Notes: generated by a model from the sequence alone, not told the origin. Positions 1 through 13,610 are shown, counted from the first letter of the stretch. The stretch is 64,000 nucleotides of DNA from Octopus sinensis (GCF_006345805.1 NC_043011.1:17620464-17684463); one strand, 5' to 3'. A program made the numbers and translations.

Positions 1-233
1 ATTTGTTTTGCAAGATGTGCAATGTAAGAGTTCAGGCAAAGAAATAAAAATAATAATAATAAAGTTGAAGTAAAGAATAAAGAAATAATGTGTATTTAAT
101 TGGCAAACTATGACCATCCTCAAGTATAACACTGAATATATGTATATGCATATATGTATGTGTATGTATGTATATATATATACATATAGATAGATAGATA
201 TATATACGGGTGTGTGTGATTGTGTATAGAAGA

Positions 234-519
234 ATATATTAATAAAAGGAGTTCCAACCTAGCAATCTGGAGCCTACACAGCTGTATTTAAGGCACACAT
301 TTAATCATCTCGCTACAGTCAAAGATTGTGAAGCATGACTGTCAACACAACTCCATGAACCTGAAGATTGCAGAATTTAATGCATGAAAGTACTAGTTCA
401 ATCACAATGAACATTTAACATTGTATTATTTTATTTTATTTTATTATATTATATTATATTATATCATTATAAGATTGAAAATAAAACGTGAAAATCAGAC
501 AAGGTTGGAACTCCTTTTA

Positions 520-528
<9 letters not shown>
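234..528 (+). mobile_element. Short Penelope-like (pLTR) fragment bounded by 27-bp inverted repeats
   Basis: ATATATTAATAAAAGGAGTTCCAACCT (234-260) is the exact reverse complement of 502-528. A hammerhead motif lies inside. Confidence 0.6.
356..400 (+). ncRNA. Minimal type I hammerhead ribozyme motif (PLE-type)
   Basis: TGAAC-CTGAAGA-TTGCA(GAATTTAA)TGCAT-GAAA-GTAC-TA-GTTCA. Stem I is TGAAC/GTTCA, the CUGANGA/GAAA core is intact, loop III is the palindrome GTAC, and the site is UA. Stem II is closed by a U-U mismatch. Confidence 0.65.
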
Positions 529-550
<22 letters not shown>

Positions 551-553
<3 letters not shown>

Positions 554-2640
554 AATAAAATAGAATATATGCATATATATAAACATATATGTACGTACCT
601 ACCTCTACATGTACATATACACGCATATATGTGTACAGGACACCAAAAAGACGTCGAACACATAGAGAGACGAAACACATAGACACAAACCAAGGAACAA
701 GACAAGCAAAAAAAGGAGAGATACAGGACAATAAGCACAACGAAAAATCCCCTTCTTCAGTCGCTAAGATTTCATCTACTAAACGTTTCGAAGGATAAAA
801 TCGAGACGTATACTTCGAAGAAAAATTCCTTCCCGCGAAAAGCAAATCAATTAAAATTCTGAGATCTTTTCGCAGAGGGGTAAAAAAAAAAGCAAGACGG
901 TAACGACAGTACAAACATATAAACAGTAAAAAATATATATATAAACAGTGGAAAAATAAATATATAACAGTGAGAGACAGGACAAGGAGAACAAGATAAG
1001 AAGGGCTGTTAACGCCAGACGAAAAAAGTATTGCAAACGCTGGATTATCGTGGAAGACGAGAGAGGGAAAATTTGTCGACCAGAAGCCTTACAAGGCGGG
1101 CGAGAAAAGACAGGATAGCAGTTACGACGGAAGTATCGTCGCAGATGGATGACGGGAATGGGGGAGGAGGAGCAAGAGGAAGAGAGAGAAGAAGGGGAAT
1201 GGTGTGAGGAGACCATGAAGAATGGTGAAAGGGAGAGAGAGAATGAAGAATGAGAGAGAGAGGAAGAGACAAGTTAAGTGAGGGAAAAAAAGACGAAAAA
1301 GGGAATGGGAGAGAAAGAAAGAAAGATGCAGAGTCGCGTGAGAGTTAATATCAAGGCTAACTTGATAAACAGAACAATCTTACTTAATAGGGTGCGTGCG
1401 TTTAGTCGTATAATATGTTAATAAAATTGAATATATGCATATATATAAAATATATGTACGTACCTACCTCTACATGTACATATACACGCATATATGTGTA
1501 CAGGACACCAAAAAGACGTCGAACACATAGAGAGACGAAACACATAGACACAAACCAAGGAACAAGACAAGCAAAAAAAGGAGAGATACAGGACAATAAG
1601 CACAACGAAAAATCCCCTTCTTCAGTCGCTAAGATTTCATCTACTAAACGTTTCGAAGGATAAAAGCGAGACGTATACTTCGAAGAAAAATTCCTTCCCG
1701 CGAAAAGCAAATCAATTAAAATTCTGAGATCTTTTCGCAGAGGGGTAAAAAAAAAAGCAAGACGGTAACGACAGTACAAACATATAAACAGTAAAAAATA
1801 TATATATAAACAGTGGAAAAATAAATATATAACAGTGAGAGACAGGACAAGGAGAACAAGATAAGAAGGACTGTTAACGCTAGACGAAAAAAGTATTGCA
1901 AACGCTGGATTATCGTGGAAGACGAGAGAGGGAAAATTTGTCGACCAGAAGCCTTACAAGGCGGGCGAGAAAAGACAGGATAGCAGTTACGACGGAAGTA
2001 TCGTCGCAGATGGATGACGGGAATGGGGGAGGAGGAGCAAGAGGAAGAGAGAGAAGAAGGGGAATGGTGTGAGGAGACCATGAAGAATGGTGAAAGGGAG
2101 AGAGAGAATGAAGAATGAGAGAGAGAGGAAGAGACAAGTTAAGTGAGGGAAAAAAAGACGAAAAAGGGAATGGGAGAGAAAGAAAGAAAGATGCAGAGTC
2201 GCGTGAGAGTTACTATCAAGGCTAACTTGATAAACAGAAAATCTTACTTAATAGGGTGCGTGCGTTTAGTCGTATAATATGTTAATAAAATAGAATATAT
2301 GCATATATATAAACATATATGTACGTACCTACCTCTACATGTACATATACACGCATATGTGTGTACAGGACACCAAAAAGACGTCGAACACATAGAGAGA
2401 CGAAACACATAGACACAAACCAAGGAACAAGACAAGCAAAAAAAAGGAGAGATACAGGACAATAAGCACAACGAAAAATCCCCTTCTTCAGTCGCTAAGA
2501 TTTCATCTACTAAACGTTTCGAAGGATAAAAGCGAGACGTATACTTCGAAGAAAAATTCCTTCCCGCGAAAAGCAAATCAATTAAAATTCTGAGATCTTT
2601 TTGCAGAGGGGTAAAAAAAAAAGCAAGACGGTAACGACAG
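551..2640 (-). repeat. Tandem array of an ~865-bp unit (~2.4 copies), probably Penelope-like pLTR/retrozyme-type
   Basis: Near-identical units start at 551, 1417 and 2281, and identical spurious ORFs recur at an 865-bp offset. A diverged solo copy lies in opposite orientation at ~21225-21660. Confidence 0.85.
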
Positions 2641-2657
2641 ATATATATATTATATAT

Positions 2658-2726
<69 letters not shown>

Positions 2727-3197
2727 TTATATACATGTGGGGTCTGATGAATAAATTTCCGGATTGTTGCCATTGTTTATTATATTCTCTTGATCTAAAA
2801 CTATTGGTGTGAATATTGTTATTTGTTGGTTAAATAACAAGCATTCTTTTATAGAATTCCTAATTCCTGATTGCAAAATTGTGCCTCATTTTATCAATAC
2901 ATTCTGTAGTTATCATATATTATTTTAATTTTATCAGCGTGTGGCGGCAGAGTGTAATGCTCGTGGGATTTGACTGATATTTATAAACCTCTTTGCAACT
3001 GATACTAGCTTATTTCTTGACGTATATCTCTAAGTGAACATTTGAGTGGCTTCAATGTTTGATGTTCAGTATCTCATCTAAATTTGTAAAGTGAACAATT
3101 TATTCTCCAGAGGCGCTAATCAATTCTCTGCTTTCGAATCGCCCACTGGACCACACATCATGTGCATGTGTTTGTGTGTTTGTGCGTGCGAGTGTGT

Positions 3198-3562
3198 GTT
3201 GGAACTTACACTCGCCTCCTTATGAGAGCTCAAAATCTCTCGTGGAAGCGCCATCCACCCAAAGTACAAATATATGGGAAACTACCTCCTCTATCATCTC
3301 TTGTGAATGGTAGAAGAGTCCACTTTGCTGGACATTGTTGTAGAGCTGAAAACGAGGCAATTTCTACCCTTCTCCTCTGGAAGCAATCTGCTTGCGACAC
3401 CAGAGGTCGCACACTCTCCTATCCTGATCTAATCTCCAGGTATACAGGCATCCAGCAACAGGACCTCCGTAATGCTATGATGGAACGTGAGGTCTGGCGT
3501 GGCACGGTAAATTTCAGTGTCTCGACCACGGTCGAACAATGATGATGATGATGATGATGATG
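3198..3562 (+). mobile_element. 3' fragment of an RTE/RTE-X-type LINE
   Basis: GTYTRLLMRAQNLSWKRH...RRVHFAGHCCR...LLLWK...RGR...AMMEREVWR is typical of the RTE-group ORF2 C-terminus. It is followed directly by a (TGA)n tail. Confidence 0.75.
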
Positions 3563-6189
3563 TGTGTGTGTGTGTACATTTTTTTTATTAATCATAGAGT
3601 GGATAAGTGATACAAATATTTGGGCGTAAACACTCTGGCTCGGACATGTGTGGAAAAAGACACAGGTATCTAACATATCAAAGAATATTTACATTATATA
3701 AATATTTGGTTCCTTCTACATTTTATTTAATTTTGGGCAATGCTTTCTTTCCTATGGTCTTCAAGCTATATCGCTGTAAAGTGTACTGTCAGCTTATGAG
3801 TTGCTTTCACAGTTTTTCCCCGTTAAAATCGAATCCGATAATAGTATAAGAAACCTTTTACTAATCAATTCAGGGTGATTCCAATACGTAATACAATAAA
3901 AGTATGTTTCGTCTGAAAGTGTCACCACATGAAATGGATTATAGAAAAGAATTAACTATCCAATGTTGATGCCGTTGAAACTAATGTCATTATCGTTATT
4001 TCAGTTAAAACAGTATCATCACTTTTGCTGTGTTTTGTATTGCCAGACAACGATTAAGTTTGAAACGGTAGATTCAGTATTCAATACCTTTGAGAACTTC
4101 TTAATATATGGATGGGGATTTTCCAATACTTGTAACATCTCCTACTCTGAGAGTGTTGGCACATCTTACATAGAATGTTTCTAAAAATCTAAAAATGCTA
4201 ACAAATATTTCAAGGCATGTCGGGCCATTGAGAAATACTTTACTTTTCGACGCAGGAAAGGTAGAAGACAACGTTTAAATTAATAGGAATTGAACGCAAA
4301 ACGCGGTAAGAAAGAAATATTGCTGGCCATTTGGTCTCATACCCAAGTCCTTCTATCTCTTTCACCTATTTAAAGTAATAAAACGGTATAATGAAGGAAA
4401 CGGATATCTTTATAAATGTTTCGAAATTCAAATTATCCATTCCACTAACAAGTGTTTTTGTCACAAAGAATTCACAATCTAAATTTGTTATACTTCGCAA
4501 ACCTCACTAAGCGAAAACAAAATTGAAAGAGTATAGATTATACGATGTTGCCATTTTAAAGAACATTAAATGATGGAAGTGGAAAAAACTAAATTGGTAG
4601 GTGTAAAAAAAATAATAAATTCTATAGCATTTGCTCATTAAATGAAACAGAAATTGATAAGAAAGTTCCACAATCTATTAAACGATTAATGCAAACGTGG
4701 TCATAGCAGTAAGAACGTAATGATAAAACGAGTAAGTTTTCTTGGATTTATTTAGGAAAAACAAAGCAGAAATAATGTATTATTGTGGTCGTTTCCTACA
4801 ATAAACAATGTATAACAGATTTGTGGTAGTAGGTAAAACCTGGGTACTTCAATCTTTTATTTTTCAAGAATATTTTACTTGGCACTGGAATACTCTTAAT
4901 AACCGGTTTTTTTTCTAACTTTGTTGTTTCTTTTAACATTGATTTATCAATATATCTGATTTCCCCACATCTTGTCACTTGTCGTTTTTTATATATCTTT
5001 TGACGCAGGCTTCTTGTTTTTGTTCTCCTTTGAAATTTAAACCTCAAATGACAGACCACATCTATCAAGAAACTTTTTTTTAGTTTGTTTGCTGCCAATA
5101 AAAGGTCTAGTCTTTTATGTTGTGGCCTATGATATGGTTCAGATCAAAAACAACTTCAGAAGATCCTAGTTATATTGCTTGCACTTATTATCTTTGGGTT
5201 ATTGCATTATTTTTTGTCACGACCCATTCATCATGCATCAAACATAATCTCCATTTCAAAATTTGTGCACTCTGGCATTCTTTCAACATTGCTATAGTGT
5301 TGGATGATTGTGATGGCGTGAATGAAGCTGTTAGTGGTAATGGTGGTGGACGAGGTTGTGCTTGATGAGTTACGTGTGGTGATGGTGGTGGTAATGGTTA
5401 TAGGATAGGTTGCTTTTAACTAGAGGGATTGACGACAATGACGGCGATGGAGATGACAACACTGATGATGATGATGATGATGATAAAGGTGATGTACACG
5501 TATATACATATTTGGAAGCATAAAAGAATGAACTATTTTCGCTACTTTTCATACATCATCTCACAAAGTTCCCCTTATATTCAACCTGACAACTACAATT
5601 TTCACATGCATGCAGTAGTAATTTCCCCAAAAGCTTGCTACGCTACAACAGAAGGCAGACATTGGAATTTGAAATACTCTGTAATATTTAATAATATAGG
5701 CAGTAATCTGCATTATGATCTGTAAATTCTTAATCAATTACGCTTTTTGTTTCATTTGGAAGCTGCTTAATTAATGCAGTATGATTTGAAGAGGTAATTG
5801 ACTTCATATAATACGTAATCTTGTTTTCCCTTTGTAAATTGTATCTAAATTAATTCAGTGCGTCTACTGATAAAAAATTGTAGACATACACTGAAATAAT
5901 TTTTCCTTGCATTATCGTCCCAAGAAAATACTTTTCATTCAACTAACTTCTTGGTGAAACATTATTTCTGCATTGAAAAATCTTAAGCTATATTGGCTAG
6001 TGTAAGAAACAAAAGTAAATAACCAAACGATTATACCTAATTGAGGTTGATTAACTTGTTAGGAACTGAGGTGAAGTTTTCTTCAAATACTGTCATCCAT
6101 AAATATGAGTTGATTAAGGCCGAGAACTAGTTGTTCACGAGACCCGAACAGATAGAGCAAAAATTGGGATAAACGAACAAAGCAACAAA

Positions 6190-7135
6190 TACATTGAATG
6201 AGCGAAGAAGATAACCCGCACTTAGTCACATTCTTGGTAATGTGCACTTGAAAAGAGGTAGCATCACTCATGAAGATACCCAGGTCACCCACTGATTTAG
6301 GCTCTAGGATTGTTATCCTCACTGGGCCAGTGTACCCTGTAAGTTTTGCGTTCAGTTTTGGGTATTGGTAGCGTAGGGCTTGGAGCTTTCCAGCTTTAAA
6401 CTGCATACTATTGTTCTAAGCTCATCTGTAAATTGCGTCCAACTCCTGCTGCAACATCACAATGGATTTGTATTTTCTGCGAAACTTTCGTATCGTCTGT
6501 GTAGCTAGCAAAGGTGGCTATCCGGGGAGCTGTAGGCATATCTGAGAGGGCTACTATGAAAAGCATTGGTCCAAAGACAGTGCCCTGTGGAACACTACTC
6601 ACCATTTATGTTTCGTTTGAGGTGGCTCCATGGGCCACCAATGCTTGTCTCCTATCTTTCAGAAAGTCATATAACCAGTTTCAAAGGTTTCTAGCTATAC
6701 CAAAATCGCGCAGTTTGTGGCTTATCACACCATGCTTAACTTTATCAAAAGCTTTTGTAAAGCTAAGGTATATTACGTCACATTTGAGTTATCGAGTAAC
6801 AGCTTCGACACCCGGATATAGTGCTGTAGGAGCTGTGTCACGCAGCTCCAACCTGGTCAAAAAGTATGCTACGTATCACCCAGCAAGTCGTTTTCTTCAA
6901 GGAATATGATTAGCTTCCTTCTGACTATCCGTTTCTTGATTTTGCTGATATGTGGAGTAAGAGACATAGGCCTATAATTTTTGGCTTCTGCTCTGCTTCT
7001 CTGCTTCTTCATTTGTGGATTATTTACTCCTTCAGCTTGCTTGGCAGCTTGCCATTTGCAAGGAAACTCTAGAAGAGAATCTGTAGTAGTTTTGCTAGGG
7101 CACATTTGCACGATTTTAGGAGGATTGCTGGGAAA
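6190..7135 (-). mobile_element. Degenerate CR1/L2-group LINE reverse transcriptase fragment
   Basis: RT motifs occur in order across frameshifts: NYRPMSLTPHISK, SSVPQGTVFGPMLF, YTDDTKV, MQFKAGKLQAL, DLGIFMS. Confidence 0.85.
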
Positions 7136-7230
7136 GCAAGTTAAACCAAATTAAAAATAAATAAGCTGCCTAAGGGACATAGTTTTTATAGGATTGTTAT
7201 ATTTCTTCATTTTATTTCAAAATACAGTGG

Positions 7231-7786
7231 GGCACACTTCTGTAGGTATGCCATATTTGTAATATAACGACACAGATAATAACATGTGCGTGTGTGTGTG
7301 GGTGTATAACTGTAATAAGCTCCGTTAGTTCATATTGCTATAAGTATTACTTAATAAGAATTATATTACATTCGTTCTATATTCAAATTTGTAGTAGATC
7401 AGTTTTCTTTATTTCGCTGGCTACCTTCACAGCAGAAAGACCACTTTCGTTTTATTCCTTGCATACGTTCATAAAAGAAACCGTAACTTAGATTTCACTC
7501 CATTTTTTTCCTTTGTCTCACGTATTCCACATAAGAATTTATGAGATCAGATGTCATTTTCCTATCTCACTTCACCATATTTGTACAACTTCTCATTTGA
7601 AAATACTCATGTCACTAAATATAAGAAGAAACAAATTCGATAGGGCACTCTTCTGTAGGTTTACCATACGTGTAATATAACGACATTCATAATATCACGT
7701 GTGTCTTTGTTTGTTTGTTTGTTTGTTTGTTTCTGTGTGTGTGCATGTGTGTGTAACTGTAATGACCTCTATTTATATTGCTATAA
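7231..7786. repeat. Diverged direct duplication (~412-bp period)
   Basis: GGGCAC.CTTCTGTAGGT...GTAATATAACGACA...(TG)n...TAACTGTAAT...ATATTGCTATAAG occurs at 7231-7345 and 7643-7786. Confidence 0.7.
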
Positions 7787-8231
7787 GAAATAGAAGGAGC
7801 TGGCGTTGAAGGTCATCCAATTATAAAATTATTTGACACGACCATCGGAAGAGTATACTCTGTGCATCTAAGCCACTATGAATGCTTCTTTTTGAAGCTG
7901 CTTCTTCGGGAAATAAGAAATAAGAAGACCAACTTCCTGCTCCTTCTTTTTGAAGATCATTAATAGAAGATTGTGTGAGGTACAATATCATATAAATAAA
8001 CACAACGATTCACTTTTTGTAGATGTAACAGTAATGAGAATAATATGCTGCAATCTACTTGCCTTTCCTCAAATCAACTTCGCGTGTCAATTAGCTATTC
8101 TAAAGGAATTTCAGTGTCCAAACATTAATACAAACACATTTAGTTCTCTATTCCTATTAAACATTTAGTTCTTCATACAAACACGGCGTCAAGTGTTTTT
8201 TTAATGAAATTGAATAGTAGTACCATCAGCT

Positions 8232-8265
<34 letters not shown>

Positions 8266-8340
8266 AACTGGTGGTGGTGGTGGTGAAAGTAGTATTAGTA
8301 GTAGTAGTGGATGCAGCAGCAGCAGCAGCAGCAGTAGTAA
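8232..8340. repeat. Compound trinucleotide microsatellite (CTA/GGT/AGT/GCA)
   Basis: Directly visible. It explains the low-complexity ORFs 8173-8446. Confidence 0.9.
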
Positions 8341-8429
8341 AAGTGCAATAGCACAAATATATATGGTACTTCTTAAAAGCATAAAAATATGAAAGTGAAA
8401 CCTTTATAAGATATGTAAATATAATCGCC

Positions 8430-9100
8430 ATTACGAAAATTTTCACCGGACATCAAAGATGTGTTTTAGACTAAATCGAAGATGCTGATTACGAATCCGC
8501 ACTCAGAATTGTTGTAGCACGTCAGGATTTTGAGTTATGCGCTAGTTACAATTATACTTTCGGTTAGATATAGGCAGTATTATAAAATTTGCTAAAATGA
8601 AAGCGGTCTCAATTCAAAATTAAAGGAACAAAAGCAATAAAACAAACGATTAGAACGTTCATTATTTAATTTAGCAATAGATGGCGCTGACGTGTTGTGT
8701 TCAGGCGTCAAATACGTCAGTTTTGATGTTAGTAAATCTCAGTATCGTTTGCGTTGTTGTCTCGTGTCGTATGTGTATTTCTCGCTCTGCATGATTTCTG
8801 TTCTGCCGGTGTTTATTGTGTTAGATCATGAATAGGAGAAGTTGTGCGAATCACCCACACCACCTTTTTTATGTATGTGGAAAATATGCTTCGCGTGACC
8901 AGCGGAAGATCATTACCACCAAATTAAAAAGTGCCTATAAATATTATTTCGTGTGTATAGCTGGATATAAAAACAAGAGGTGGGCATCTCATATATGCTG
9001 CACCCTATGTTACTCAGTGTTTACACAATGGCTGAATGGAAAACGGAAGTGAATGCCTTTTGCTGTACCAGTGATATGGCGTGAGCCAACCAATCATATA
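8430..9100 (+). mobile_element. 5' part of a DNA transposon, Chapaev3-like transposase N-terminus (pseudogene)
   Basis: ORF 8828-9052 reads RSCANHP..FYVCG...AYKYYF...WASHICCTLC...WLNGKRK and continues past a stop as MPFAVPVIWREPTNH. Family assignment is from memory of this Cys-rich motif. Confidence 0.55.
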
Positions 9101-9157
9101 TCTCATTTAGCCTCATATATTATGAAAGTTTCTTTTCAAGAACTTGAAAATTGGTTT

Positions 9158-9620
9158 CCAATTTTGGCACAAGGCCAACCATTTTGAGGGAGGTGTGAAA
9201 TAGATTACATCAATCCAAGTGTTCAGCTGGTACCTATTTTATCGTGATCGAAAGTTGAAAAGCAAAGTCTGTCTCGGCGGCATTTGTACTCAGAACGGAC
9301 AAGAACGTGAGATATCAGTCATTAAATAAACATAGTATATTAAGGATATTTTAACAAGGTTTCATACTGGGGTAACTCAAGGCGGCACGAGTCAATAGAG
9401 TCGTTAGCATTGAGTCCGTCTTTATCATGTGAGTCCTTCGTTTATAAGTTCAAATTTCGTGAGGTTCAAATTACGCGGAGTTCAAATTCCGCCATTGTTG
9501 AGTTCCCTTTCCATCCTCATGGGATGTATAAAATAAGTAGCAGTTGAACACTGGTCTCAATGTAATTGTCTTACTCACTCTCCCGAAATTGCTGTCCTAC
9601 TGCCAAAGTTTGCTATCAAT
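9158..9620. mobile_element. Two degenerate SINE fragments (second SINE family) in divergent orientation
   Basis: Minus copy ~9158-9296 and plus copy ~9379-9620 match the GTTCAAATT...TTTCATCC...ATAAAATAAGTA core seen at 62468-62697. Confidence 0.55.
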
Positions 9621-10299
9621 ATTTTGCAGTTTAATGTAGTATAATTTAAATATTTCAAACAAAGAAGAAAAAAAATCAGAAACAGTTTATAATCTTGTAA
9701 TAATAAGAAAAAAACATGTAAGGCACATACATTGAAATAACCATTATTTTCGATGTTCTGGGAATTTAAACTATTCAAATATATTCTGTCAATGTTTTGG
9801 AGAAATGTATAATGCAAAAATTACAGAAGAATTTATAAATATATTATCTGACTTTTGTCAGGAGGGACATAATTTTCATTTGTTCAGACTTGATTAAATT
9901 GTGTTAATTAAAACGTCCATTTAATTACAATGAATTCATGCTTATCAAAGTTTTACTGATGACTTATGCCTAATGATCTGTGCACTGGAGCCGTGTTAAA
10001 TGCAAAGTGGTTTAATGAAGTTTATTAGAGAAGATTTGAAAATCAACATAAATATTAGCATTCTGATAGATTCTTAATATGGGGTCTAATTTGTGCAGCA
10101 ACGTACTGAAGCTACAAACATGAAATATCTCTATACAATGCCTATACAAATTTTGTGAACTGAAATGTGCCAGTTAAATTCAACTGCAAAGAAAACAACA
10201 CACCACCAGTGTCTTCGCCGATTACTTTTTGTTTAGTGCTCTTCACAAAACTGCTTACTAGTGTGTACTGTAAATAATTATGTTATGCAGCAAATATTG

Positions 10300-10492
10300 T
10301 GTATGAGCTTTAGGACACCGGGTAAAATGCTTAGTGGGATTTCGTCCATTGTTATATTATGATTTTGAATTCCTCTGTGTTCGGCTTTGTTTTTCATCAA
10401 AAAAATAAGTACTTGTTAAGCACTGGGGTTGATGTAATTGACTTACTCCGACCCTCAAAATTGTTGGCCTTGTACCAAAATTAGAAACCAAT
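10300..10492 (+). mobile_element. Degenerate SINE (second family)
   Basis: CCGGGTAAAATGCTTAG...TTTTCATC...AATAAGTAC...CACTGGGGTTGATGTAAT...GGCCTTGTACCAAAATTAGAAACC. Confidence 0.55.
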
Positions 10493-11457
10493 ATATTGTA
10501 TACGAACACACCAATTCTGTTGTTTAGCGTCAAACCAGAAATTACTGAGGATGTCTATGAAAAAGAGTATTCTAACAACGACTATACTGGTTCAGTCTTT
10601 TACAGACATAATGTGTATAGAGTTACATCGTTGAATGTAACCTTGTTTAAAAGGACTTTAGAGAACGATTTTAGGAGAAATTGTTGCCAATTCTGATAGT
10701 TGGAGAAGCTATGTACACACATCGCTCCTCGGATATTATTAACACAGAGGTTGTCGAGACAGTATTGTCTGACTGTATGTGATACATTTAACATAGAATA
10801 ACCCGATGGACACCAAGCAGCCTTTACAGAAAGCCTCATGCCCCTAGGTAGGGTGGAGCACTGGACAGCTCTACACCCTCGCTATTTCTTGGTGCGCTCT
10901 CAGATTTAGAAAATACAATTTACAAAACTTTTCCTGAAATATATTTCTTGAAGTCTAACACGCCAATCACCAAGGGGAACAATGGATGGCATTGTCATTT
11001 CTCTATTAAGTGATGCACTCTCAGATTTAGAAAATAAAGTTTAAAACATTTTCCCGCTTTAAAATTAGTCCCCACCCTGAATATTTTGAAGCACTCTCGG
11101 GCACCAAAATCTGGTGACGGGCCTGCATAGCATATTGTGAGAATCCAACTCTAAATCAGATGGCAAGGCAGGCTAAATATGACAGTAAAACAACTATCTG
11201 AGGCTGAGTACTAGATTGGTATCCTTAGACGCAAATGAAGTTTAAACTCACTATAGCCATGGTCATCCCATTCATTTAGGTAAAACTACCATAGGTAATG
11301 TGTCATTTCCTTATGTTAAACGACCCTATGGGATTTTAAAATTTAGCTGATCACGTAGATTCATATACATTATGTCTGTAAAAAAATACTAACCAGTATC
11401 GTTGTTGTTGGGATGTTGTTATTCATTTCTGGTTTAACGGCAAACAACAGAATCGTC

Positions 11458-11780
11458 CTGTTGTGTCTGGGGAGAGTCATTTTCATTTTGTGCCTTATAA
11501 TATAACACACTCACCTGTAAAATTTCCACTTTTTTCTTATTTTTATTTTCCTAAAATTTTCGTTGCGTCTTGCAACCTTTTCATTAGTTTTGACTCTAAA
11601 AGGTTGCAAGACGCAACGAAAATATTAGGAAAATAAAAATAAGAAAAGGGTGGAAGGTTTACCGGTGAGTGTGTTATATTATAAGGCACCAAAAGGAAAT
11701 TACTCTCCCCAGACACAACAGAATATGCTTCAACACACAAACTCATAAAGAATCTTGCAAACCAAATCCAAAAACGAAAC
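11458..11780. mobile_element. Foldback/palindromic MITE-like repeat, copy 1
   Basis: ~125-bp arms (CTGTTGTGTCTGGGGAGAG...TTGCAACCTTTT and its reverse complement, 11458-11721) surround a short spacer. A second copy is at 61860-62155. Confidence 0.85.
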
Positions 11781-12082
11781 TGTATCGTTGTTTTCAGATA
11801 TAATATATTAATTACATCAGAATGTAAATTTACATTAGACAATTGTAGGCAGTGTGCTGAAGAGGTCTGAAAATGGAAAAAGAAATAACAATCTAAATCT
11901 TCAAAACATTAATTCATCGAGATGATCATAGTTGGAATGTGTTTTAAACATAAAGACGCTTGGTCAGGATTAATGGAGGCTAAATTATAACATTAATACA
12001 CAGTAGATATCAAATTGTTCTCTTTTAGGCATTGAGGTTAAATTTACACGAAAGATTTTAAATTTTGTTTCGGGGGCAATAT

Positions 12083-12309
12083 ATATTTCTTTACTACCCA
12101 CAAGTGGCTAAACACAGAGGGGACAAACAAGGACAGATAAATGGATTAAGTCGATTACAACGACCGCAGTGCGTAACTGGTACTTAATTTATCGACCCCG
12201 AATGAAAGCAAAGTCGACCTCGGTGGAATTTGAACTCGGAACGTAACGACAGACGAAATACGGCTACGCATTTCGCCTGGCGTACTAACGTTTCTGCCAG
12301 CTCGCCGCC
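12083..12309 (-). mobile_element. tRNA-derived SINE, second family (Meta-domain-like core)
   Basis: Minus strand reads GGCGGCGAGCTGGCAGAAACGTTAG...GAGTTCAAATTCC (B box)...GCTTTCATTC-GGGGTCGATAAATTAAGTACCAG...GTGGGTAGTAAAGAAATA. Confidence 0.8.
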
Positions 12310-12505
12310 TTTTCTTTCGGGGACAATATATTTAATCATTCCTAGCCTTTGCTTATAGAACCAGTAACTGACCACGTCAGTCTTGAAGTGGGATTAATCT
12401 CTCATTCATTAAGTGCCATGGAAATATGTAATTATTATTCATTAAGTGCACAGTTTGTGCTACTACATACATGAGTACATCATGTAAGAGCAACACCAAC
12501 GCAAA

Positions 12506-12536
<31 letters not shown>

Positions 12537-13575
12537 ACATCTATGCTTTCTATAATTTCGTTAGAAGAAATAATTCTTCTTCGACACTTCATTGCTGGCG
12601 TGGGCTCAAATTTCAATTTCTATAACCGTTCAGTGTAACAAATATAATTTCTCCCCGAATAGCATGCCGGCATATAAATGATAAATTAGCAAATACAATT
12701 TGTCTATGCTTAGTAATTAGATTATTCGATAGATATAAACTTAAACGACTGAAACAACGTATAATCACTTAGTCACACTGAAGTAAATTATTATTTCATT
12801 GAAGAATACAAGTTAAACATAAAGCGCAATGCCGACGTTTTCCAGTTGGTCTGTGTGTGATTCTTGTGTAAACGTATGCGTATACAATTGCTTAGATATG
12901 CATATGAAAGTATTTAGGAGAAACTTAGCGACTTTTGTAAACGAGTCTCGCTCAAACAGTCGAATATCTGATTAATCCGTCTTCTGTATTACGTGCCAGT
13001 ATAAACTAAAGTGATTAAAGTGTCTACTTTTCAGAGTGAGGAATAAATACATTCAATACAAATTGTTGATTGTAAGTTAAGCTTCAAATTCTGTTTGTTC
13101 TACTGCAGTGTAAATGATTCTCCTGATATAGATGATATATATATATATATGCATGCTTATATGTGTGTTGTATATGTGCGTGTTTGTACGTGTGCAAGCG
13201 TGTGGGCGTGTGTGTCTTCGTTGAAGTACTACTTGTTTCGTGAGAGGAGAAAGTTTAGTGGACAAGAATACCTGCTTCACTTGTTCATTGCATAAACAAA
13301 TGAGCTAAGCTGGAAAAAGATGTACACAATACATTAAGATTTAGAACAACATGATTAACCACTTTTCATCATAGTATTATATATATACGAAAGCGTGCTA
13401 AACAGTTCCTACTTGTGGGTAAAAAAATATACTCTGGCATCAGTTAATTATGATTTTGTTCAATATATTCCCCTCTCTGATTCACATACTCATTGCAGCG
13501 GTCGTTCAGTTTTTCCTAAGCTCCGTAAAAGAACTCAGGAGGTTGGGCGTCTAAACAGGCCTTTTAGGATATATA

Positions 13576-13608
<33 letters not shown>

Positions 13609-13610
13609 AA

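Noticed and set aside
4660-5290. Possible Mutator-like or piggyBac transposase remnant on the minus strand
   Set aside because: Only isolated tripeptide-level hints (LKY, DHN, IDKSM). It needs a profile search.
10878-11055. ~40-bp direct repeat CTCTCAGATTTAGAAAATA
   Set aside because: Two diverged copies only, probably internal to a decayed DNA transposon.
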